Below, one piece after another: positions 58,053 to 64,000 of a DNA stretch of 64,000 bases (the first letter of the stretch is position 1; each line of letters opens with the position of its first letter). The DNA comes from Candidatus Anderseniibacteriota bacterium. Lineage in GTDB: Bacteria; Patescibacteriota; JAUYIX01. The position numbers and the translations under genes are program-made. The notes under the pieces are model-generated. The model was not told where the DNA came from. It was given only the letters and a program-made list of their open reading frames with translations, and ran no database searches. Where the stretch lies: positions 12,311 through 76,310 of the forward strand of contig JAXLZM010000003.1 in the NCBI GenBank assembly GCA_046350855.1, in the 5' to 3' direction.

Positions 58053-59168
58053 ATGATGCAAACCGCGATATGTGGAATCGGAATGCACATGAGCCTGCAC
58101 CTATCGCAGGCACTGACACAGCGTATGAATCTCGAGCAATCCCTCGAACAACGTCTCTCGGTCAAACAGTCTCTTAAGCTCGCGCTCAAGCTGTACCTCA
58201 AGCGCGAGGACGAGATCAAGAAGCTCTACGCCAAAGCGCTGCGTCTGGGCAAGGTGTATCGGTACAAGCGCTACGGCATGGAGTTCGAGTTTGCTTGCGT
58301 GTCCGTCAAAGACACGCCGCCCGAGATTTACAAGCACTCAGGACACGCGTTCTCGCACTGCTTGTTCAATCCCTGGGAGGCATTCTTTGGAGGCATCAAG
58401 TTCGCCCTGTCGCGCGGATCGTGGTTGCTCTTTGTGATCGAAGACATGTACGGAGAGCCGCTGCCTCAAGCCTGCATTGACTACGCGGCGGTACACGAGC
58501 GAGGAGAACAAGTCACCCTAGGCGATCACAACCTGGCCTCCAAGCTCGAGTTCGCTATCGCGGCCAAGGAGCAAAAGCTGCGCTGGTACATGGAGTGGAC
58601 CGAGGCGACCTGCCCAGTTAAGTTTGCCGATGTGTTTACCTACCAAGTGCACGTGGAGCTCCCACAAGGCGAGGAGGCTGCGGAGCTGGATGCCTGTCTA
58701 GAGGTGTTTCAAGCGAGTGCAGAGGCCCAAGCAGTACGCAGCATGATGGAGGAGTTCGAGTGGCCGATGTCGCTCCTGCGCAAACTCGAGCTGTACGCGG
58801 AGGCCAACGACACGATGGCAGGCCACGTGACACGTATGTTCGAGAGTTGCAGCGTAGTCGTCTCAGGGGCATCGACGCCGATCGGCATCATCAATGGCAA
58901 GATTGGAGAGCTGCTTACTAAAGAGCTCACCAAGATTGCCACGGGTGAACTACGCCGGTGCTTGAGTATCCCTCGTCTCTCGACGGTTTGGGAGCAGGGC
59001 TACAGGCAACTCTCAGCGGTCCACGCGGAGATGGTCATCAAACGCGGTGAACTCGTCGGCATGCTGGCCTTCGCGGATGAACTCAAGGATCTCGAGAACG
59101 GTGGCTCGCTGCCCAACAGAGGCGTTTTCTCGCCGCACTTTGAGGAGGCTCTCAAATGGGTCAGCTAG
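58053..59168 (+). CDS. Hypothetical protein (371 aa) with Gln/Leu-rich heptad N-terminus
   Basis: Long ORF with normal composition. No recognised catalytic motif. The N-terminus superficially resembles sigma-54 region I, but no sigma-54 core is present. Confidence 0.5.
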   Translation: MMQTAICGIGMHMSLHLSQALTQRMNLEQSLEQRLSVKQSLKLALKLYLKREDEIKKLYAKALRLGKVYRYKRYGMEFEFACVSVKDTPPEIYKHSGHAFSHCLFNPWEAFFGGIKFALSRGSWLLFVIEDMYGEPLPQACIDYAAVHERGEQVTLGDHNLASKLEFAIAAKEQKLRWYMEWTEATCPVKFADVFTYQVHVELPQGEEAAELDACLEVFQASAEAQAVRSMMEEFEWPMSLLRKLELYAEANDTMAGHVTRMFESCSVVVSGASTPIGIINGKIGELLTKELTKIATGELRRCLSIPRLSTVWEQGYRQLSAVHAEMVIKRGELVGMLAFADELKDLENGGSLPNRGVFSPHFEEALKWVS

Positions 59169-59348
59169 CAGCTAAACGTAGGGAGCAACGAATTTCGTTG
59201 CTCCTCTTTTTTTATTTCGACCTACCGAGCAGCAATCAAGCTCAAGATTGACAAACGGCAAAAAATATGCAATGATCTGTGGTCCTGATGGCTGCGAACG
59301 TTGTTTCCAATCGGCCATAGCGAGCCGCACCCAAGGAGGTAAATCGCG

Positions 59349-59792
59349 ATGTTCAAGAAGCATACGGTTTTCATTCATCCGTCGCTGCGCAAGATGCTGG
59401 AGGATCGAGGCTACGCTTACGAGATGCGGCTGGCACTGCACGCAGCACTGAGCTTCACCACTTTGCTCGTTAGTGAGCACCTACGCCGTGAGTACCAGGG
59501 TCCGTGGGAAGTGCACGAGGCTCACTTCAAAAAGCTCTTAGGCCTGGGCTGGAAGTACGCCGATGGTTTGCACGCTGAGTCCAACGATCTCACTGGGGCG
59601 CTAGAGAAGGCCTATCGTATCGAGTCGACCATCAGGCGCTACATGATGGACAAGATGCTGCGCGTCGATATGCGCTTCTACTGTCGCGGCGAAAAAGAGT
59701 CTTTCTGGGAGATCGACTTTGAGGTTAACCAAGAGGGGCAACTCGTTGGCTTCGGCTCAGGAAGTCTCTTTAGAAAGAAGGTCGCTGGCTGA
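59349..59792 (+). CDS. Hypothetical protein (147 aa)
   Basis: Co-oriented with its neighbours. No domain recognised. Confidence 0.4.
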   Translation: MFKKHTVFIHPSLRKMLEDRGYAYEMRLALHAALSFTTLLVSEHLRREYQGPWEVHEAHFKKLLGLGWKYADGLHAESNDLTGALEKAYRIESTIRRYMMDKMLRVDMRFYCRGEKESFWEIDFEVNQEGQLVGFGSGSLFRKKVAG

Positions 59793-59894
59793 ATCATCCA
59801 AGGGCACCAACGTCGTTACGTTAGTGCCCTTCTTTTTTCTCATACATTCTTCGACCAACTTGCCTGCGAACAAGCCATCACCCATGATGTACAC

Positions 59895-60956
59895 ATGGAA
59901 AAAGCGTATGAAATTTCAGGTGGACTCAATACTGGTCGGGAAGAATTATACAACGAACTCAAAATCCCTAGAGAAGAAGGCAAGCTACCCGTCGAGGGAG
60001 AACTTTCCAAAACACCAGATCACCTCGAGATCATCGAGATGAGCGACGCATTGATTCAAAAAGAGTTTCAAGAATTAGGCCTGTTGCAGCCGATGTTTTT
60101 AGCGCCGGAACGAGTTCATTACTTTTCTGAAAACGAATTCCAAAAACATTACGCGAAGCCAACCGGTAAACCGAATTACGAAGTTGGCGGATACGCAGAT
60201 ATACACCTTGGTGCGACATACATTTCCGTAGAAAATCCGAATGTCCAGGATTTCCTTGTGGAGTCACGCGGAGGCGTACGTTATGCCGCGGGGGACATTG
60301 CATTAGAAGAGTTCCCGCATGACGATCCAGAACGTGAGAAGAAAATTGATATTCGTGCCGACGAACTTGAAAGCAATTGGCACGCGCAGGTAAAAAAGCT
60401 CGCACTGCTTGCGCGCACCATGCATGAGGCCTTACACCTTGCCTCCTTTGAAAAATACTATAAAAACAGTAACGACGAGTACCGTGGCTCGCGGAGCGGA
60501 TACTATGCGTATTTGGATGGTAAGGGGTCATTTGCAAGTCTCAATGAAGCCATTACAGAAAAAATTGCCTGGGAGCTGGTCGACAAAAAGCTAGAAATGG
60601 TGCCCGAGGGCCCGATCGAATGGAAGAGAGACACCAAAGCGAGAACCGAATCGTACGATGATGATAGGTACATTCTTGACATAATTGTCGAAAAGATCGC
60701 CGCACAAAAACAGGAGTTGGGCGATGTCGTTTGGAGAAGATTCAAAATGGGTTACTTGAGTGGACGAGTTATGCATTTACGGGATATCGAACGTACATTT
60801 GGCAAAGGCGCGCTGCGTATGTATGCGGAGCTAACTCCTGAAACCGTCGAAAAAAATAAACGAGTACTCGTGACCTATTTTGAGAGCGATGACCCTAAAG
60901 AACGGGCTGAGCTTGAAAAAGAGATTCGCGAGAAAACAAAAAGTCCCGCACAGTAA
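59895..60956 (+). CDS. Hypothetical protein (353 aa) with HExxH motif (MHEALHLASFE); AT-richer than surrounding DNA
   Basis: HEALH plus a downstream Glu suggests a zincin-like metallopeptidase fold. Composition shift seen by eye. Confidence 0.45.
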   Translation: MEKAYEISGGLNTGREELYNELKIPREEGKLPVEGELSKTPDHLEIIEMSDALIQKEFQELGLLQPMFLAPERVHYFSENEFQKHYAKPTGKPNYEVGGYADIHLGATYISVENPNVQDFLVESRGGVRYAAGDIALEEFPHDDPEREKKIDIRADELESNWHAQVKKLALLARTMHEALHLASFEKYYKNSNDEYRGSRSGYYAYLDGKGSFASLNEAITEKIAWELVDKKLEMVPEGPIEWKRDTKARTESYDDDRYILDIIVEKIAAQKQELGDVVWRRFKMGYLSGRVMHLRDIERTFGKGALRMYAELTPETVEKNKRVLVTYFESDDPKERAELEKEIREKTKSPAQ

Positions 60957-61069
60957 TACTGTACGGGACTAGTCCAGCGGTCCCGCCCACCCTTATTGGT
61001 GATCTTGATGGCTAGCCAAGATCGGCTTTCGTGGTGGATCCCCGCACACCCAACCGTTCTGCAAGAGGC

Positions 61070-61540
61070 CTACTCCTTGTCGTTCGACAAGTAGCTACGA
61101 ATGATGTCGGCCAGCTCAATCACCCTTTGGGGCGAGAACTCGACCGTTTCTTCACCATCCTGCTCCCAACGGACAAAGAGCTTGCGATCCACTCCGAGCG
61201 CCTCGAGGTCAGCGATCTGCCTGGTCAGCAATGCCTTGTGGTCGTCTCGCGCCTGCACTTCTGGCGTGACTATTTCGACGTCATAGTAGTCGTGGTAGTC
61301 AAAGTTGATCGTATGGCCGGCCGCAAAGTGGCATATCAGGCCGTGGCTTTCGCCACTGAGCGTCTCCGTGAGTGCCTGCCGCAGCAGCTCACGAAGTTCG
61401 CCAGCCGTGCTGCGCCATTGGGTACTCTGACCCGAACTATGGCACATCGAGGAGATGTTGATCTCCTGGCTGTCTGGGACGCTCCCAAGGCGGTTAGACC
61501 ACTTGCAGGCCTTTTCGGTCAGTCGTTGACGATCGTCCAT
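61070..61540 (-). CDS. Hypothetical protein (156 aa)
   Basis: ORF convergent with the 59895..60956 gene. Confidence 0.4.
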   Translation of the reverse strand: MDDRQRLTEKACKWSNRLGSVPDSQEINISSMCHSSGQSTQWRSTAGELRELLRQALTETLSGESHGLICHFAAGHTINFDYHDYYDVEIVTPEVQARDDHKALLTRQIADLEALGVDRKLFVRWEQDGEETVEFSPQRVIELADIIRSYLSNDKE

Positions 61541-61753
61541 CGTTCACCTCCTTTTTACTGCGGGGCCAACCGCATTTGTAATGTACGAGAGCCAAAGGCT
61601 CTTTCGCAGGTTACGAGTTCTACCAGCTAGCTCTGGATGAACTCATCTTCTACGAGAGAGCTGCGAGTCAGTAGATACCGACTTGCGAGCTATGCGGGAA
61701 TTACGCGTCGCACTGCGCGTCCGTTGAACGTCGGCAACGGATCCGAGGCGTGA

Positions 61754-62416
61754 TCAGACTTCGAACCGAATCCCGCCTGCATGCACGATTGGTGCGAGCA
61801 GCGAATCCGTCACGGCCGCTCGCCGGAGGCGCTCATCCCGGATGACGATACAGTAGGGAACGCTCGCAATGTACGAGCGAGTCCGCCTGTCCGTCGCCGC
61901 AAGCGCTCTCTGGAGAGGTGCATCTCGACCTGACTGCGCCAGCACCCAGCGGATGCACTCGTTATCGTCCCGATCCTCGAGTAGCCAAGCGACATCCTGC
62001 ATCCATGCAGTGTCGAAAAGCGTCTGAGACTGGAGGTCCTGCAAGTGCTCGTGCAGGATGTCGCACCGAGCTAGCGCGAGCTGGACGAGCGCATCGGCCT
62101 GTTCACCGGTCAACGAGCGAGCCCACAGTGCTGGGATTCCAGCCTGCTCGCTTGCGAGCGTCATGATCTCATCCAGGCTCCGGAGTTTTCTCCCCGAGGG
62201 GAGCTCCTGGAGCCTTGCATACAGCGCAACCGCCACGGCCTCCGTGTATGCACTACCGATTTCGCTCAGCTCCGATACGTAATTCACTAACCACGTGTCG
62301 GTGCAGTCCTTCAGCCACTCTCTGATAGGAGAGTGGATCGCCGCCAATGGCGGCAAGGTCAGGTCCAACATTTCGTTTTTCCTTTGGTTGGCACTGTTTT
62401 GGTTGGATGCCGCCAC
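61754..62416 (-). CDS. Hypothetical protein (220 aa)
   Basis: Long ORF with no recognised domain. Confidence 0.4.
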   Translation of the reverse strand: MAASNQNSANQRKNEMLDLTLPPLAAIHSPIREWLKDCTDTWLVNYVSELSEIGSAYTEAVAVALYARLQELPSGRKLRSLDEIMTLASEQAGIPALWARSLTGEQADALVQLALARCDILHEHLQDLQSQTLFDTAWMQDVAWLLEDRDDNECIRWVLAQSGRDAPLQRALAATDRRTRSYIASVPYCIVIRDERLRRAAVTDSLLAPIVHAGGIRFEV

Positions 62417-62559
62417 GATATGTAGCGCTCCAGTAGTTTATAAAGGTACATTGAGTCAAAGACTCTTTTTTACAGGACGAAGTGCGTTTGTGCAGATTCA
62501 TCCGGTAGAAAAGAGGATCAAGTCGACGACACAACTTGATCACACGGTTTCACCAAGGG

Positions 62560-63072
62560 CTATGTGTTGCCCCGATGCCCCCGCTCACGAAACCGATCAA
62601 GCAGCGTCGAACGCCTTGGCCGTGAGATAGCTTTCGACGTTTCGGACGGGTTCGACGACGCGGATCGGTCACTGCCGTACTTGTGTTGGGCAAGCTTCGC
62701 TTCCATCTCGGCCCAACTTCGGCGATAGTTCCGCAACATGGTGCGGATCTTGGCATCAACCTCGTGAGGGTTTTTGTCGACCGTCCCGGTATAGTACGAG
62801 CCAAATCTACGGATGCCCTGCTGCTCGAGCACATGACGCAGCTTGCCGACTTGGCGATCGGCAATCTTGGCCGGCTGCAGAAGCGCTGGTACCAGGCCGA
62901 GGCACATGACGCAGTGTTTACCGTTCATCCCGTCGCAGCCGCAGTATGAGCAACCCGTAGGTCGTGCGACTTTGTGGCGACTGGTGATGCGGTAGACATG
63001 GCTATCCTCGAACCAGAGCACGAGCTCCTGGCGACGGAAAGTTACAACACGGTCGTAGTAGTCATTACCCAT
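62560..63072 (-). CDS. Hypothetical protein with Cys cluster CSYCGCDGMNGKHCVMC (SWIM-like or zinc-ribbon)
   Basis: Start set at MGNDYYD (ATG at 63070-63072), which has an AAGGGGG SD. C-terminal Arg/Ser-rich tail. Confidence 0.45.
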   Translation of the reverse strand: MGNDYYDRVVTFRRQELVLWFEDSHVYRITSRHKVARPTGCSYCGCDGMNGKHCVMCLGLVPALLQPAKIADRQVGKLRHVLEQQGIRRFGSYYTGTVDKNPHEVDAKIRTMLRNYRRSWAEMEAKLAQHKYGSDRSASSNPSETSKAISRPRRSTLLDRFRERGHRGNT

Positions 63073-63149
63073 GGGCGCCCCCTTTCTTTTTTGAATTTTG
63101 AAGAACGTGAGATTGACTCTCTCCAAAACGACCACGCGAATGATCAACT

Positions 63150-63186
63150 AGGAGAGAGGGAGGAACGAAGTATGCTTCGTTCCTCC
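63150..63186. repeat. SD-containing hairpin element, copy B (GAGAGGGAGGAACGAAG-UAUG-CUUCGUUCCUCC)
   Basis: 12-bp perfect stem, with an AUG in the loop on the plus strand. Confidence 0.6.
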
Positions 63187-63556
63187 AATACCCATGAGGG
63201 CGCCTAACGGCGACAAGTCTCATGAATCGTAGAAGTGCGCATTGGTCCGGCACTGAGTGTCCTGTCTACTCGACAAGGCCAGCCCTTACCGTCAGGTCGA
63301 GCTACCCATTGCTCTTCCCGCTACTTCCGACACACGGCTGGATTTGTCCTATCCACTTGGGTGATGGAATCGGTCTCCAGACGCTCTTTGTTTGCCTGTT
63401 TTGCTTGTCCGCCTGACCATCACTAACGGTCTTAAGCGGCAGGTCAAACAGCCGAGGCATGGATGGATGCGCGCCATCCGCCCGACACTTTGTAATGAAC
63501 AAGAGCTTGTTGCCCTTCTTGAGAGATTCTCTGTTAGGGCGCGAGAGAATCGCTCG

Positions 63557-63589
63557 AGAAGAGGGAGGAACGAGCGATATCGTTCCTCC
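63557..63589. repeat. SD-containing hairpin element, copy C (GAAGAGGGAGGAACGA-GCGAUA-UCGUUCCUCC)
   Basis: 10-bp perfect stem with the same arms as copy B. Confidence 0.6.
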
Positions 63590-63665
63590 GTTGTTCGTAT
63601 GTCCAACGTCGACCGAAGACCCAGATTTCCCTAACGACAACCGCCTGCGCACGGTCGCCAGATAC

Positions 63666-63989
63666 CTAGAACGCTTCGGGGAGCTGGCCGAGCACTTCGC
63701 CCAGCCAGCGCAGGGTGAACCACATCGGCGTGGTCCGGTCCTTGCAGAAGTCTCCCGTCTCCTTGTTGAGGAGCAGGTAGTTGGCCTCCCGACCAATGCG
63801 GTTGCGGTTCCAGGCCTCGTTAAAGGCCAGGATGAACTCGCCCGTCGGTATCCCGCACGCACCGGTGAGTTTGTGCAGGATGGCGGTCGCCTCGGTGGTG
63901 CCGATGAAGTGGGCCACCTCGTCCTGACCGGTGCAGCTGAGCAACTCCTTGTAGATCAGAGCGAGACGGGTCATGGGCTGGGACATCAC
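63666..63989 (-). CDS. Hypothetical protein (107 aa)
   Basis: Balanced composition. Preferred over the overlapping Arg/Ser-rich frame 63302..63862. Confidence 0.4.
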   Translation of the reverse strand: MMSQPMTRLALIYKELLSCTGQDEVAHFIGTTEATAILHKLTGACGIPTGEFILAFNEAWNRNRIGREANYLLLNKETGDFCKDRTTPMWFTLRWLGEVLGQLPEAF

Positions 63990-64000
63990 GTACCTCCTTG

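Noticed and set aside
58053-59168. Sigma-54 (RpoN) assignment for the 371-aa protein because of its Gln/Leu-rich N-terminus (MSLHLSQALTQRMNLEQSLEQRL)
   Set aside because: Only region I-like heptads are present. There is no sigma-54 core-binding region, no -12/-24 DNA-binding domain and no RpoN box, and the length is far too short.
63302-63862. 186-aa minus-strand ORF overlapping 63666..63989 in another frame
   Set aside because: Extremely Arg/Ser/Gly-rich low-complexity translation. The overlapping 107-aa frame has a protein-like composition, and the remainder is better explained as non-coding.
1-64000. CRISPR arrays, rRNA genes, IS transposases, integrases
   Set aside because: No short direct repeats with regularly spaced unique spacers were seen. 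No rRNA-like conserved blocks. No DDE transposase or tyrosine recombinase ORFs. The mobile content is limited to the homing-endonuclease genes, the group I intron and the small repeat families.

Overview
This 64-kb window is a gene-dense bacterial chromosomal segment of about 57% GC. Many housekeeping proteins carry Lys/Ala/Glu-rich tails, all tRNAs encode their CCA, and there are Firmicute-like CWB2 wall-binding repeats, together suggesting a CPR/Patescibacteria-like or other uncultivated lineage. Core genes include LigD (5' partial), Ku, FtsH, TilS, ribosomal S1 and L19, Gmk, Alr, ClpP, RNase Y with YmdB, HU, NusA, trigger factor, an H+-pyrophosphatase, Nfo and a family-4 UDG. I found 13 tRNA genes. 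The most notable features are:

- **tRNA-associated endonuclease genes.** Four homing-endonuclease-type genes (one HNH, one classical double-motif LAGLIDADG, and two paralogous HTH plus single LAGLIDADG-like proteins) each sit immediately 5' of a co-oriented tRNA gene. In every case the reading frame runs 10 or 23 nt into the tRNA and stops on the TAG of the tRNA D-arm. The tRNA partners are Leu(TAA), Leu(GAG), Val(GAC) and Val(TAC).
- **Group I intron in tRNA-Phe.** A 217-nt group I intron splits the anticodon loop of tRNA-Phe(GAA), with recognisable P1 U.G, P10 and P7 R/S core elements.
- **Repeated intergenic motifs.** An 18-nt motif lies exactly 22-23 nt upstream of three genes (two endonucleases and a UvrD-like helicase). 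A family of SD-containing hairpins (AGAGGGAGGA-hairpin-CCTCC) occurs three times. A 16-bp perfect inverted repeat flanks a small Cys-rich gene cassette.
- **DUF1704 pair.** Two divergent paralogs of the DUF1704/QEGLA (MATCAP-like HExxxH peptidase) family, with visibly different GC content, lie next to a class III nucleotidyl cyclase.
- **Cell-envelope cluster.** It includes an unusual fusion of a copper-type heavy-metal-binding motif, a MauE/DoxX-like membrane domain, CWB2 repeats and an unknown C-terminal domain.
- **Dark-matter island at the 3' end.** Seven hypothetical proteins (one with HExxH, one Cys-cluster) plus about 500 bp of structured non-coding DNA sit at 57.7-64 kb. This is the best candidate in the window for an undescribed system.

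No CRISPR array, rRNA or classical IS element was seen.
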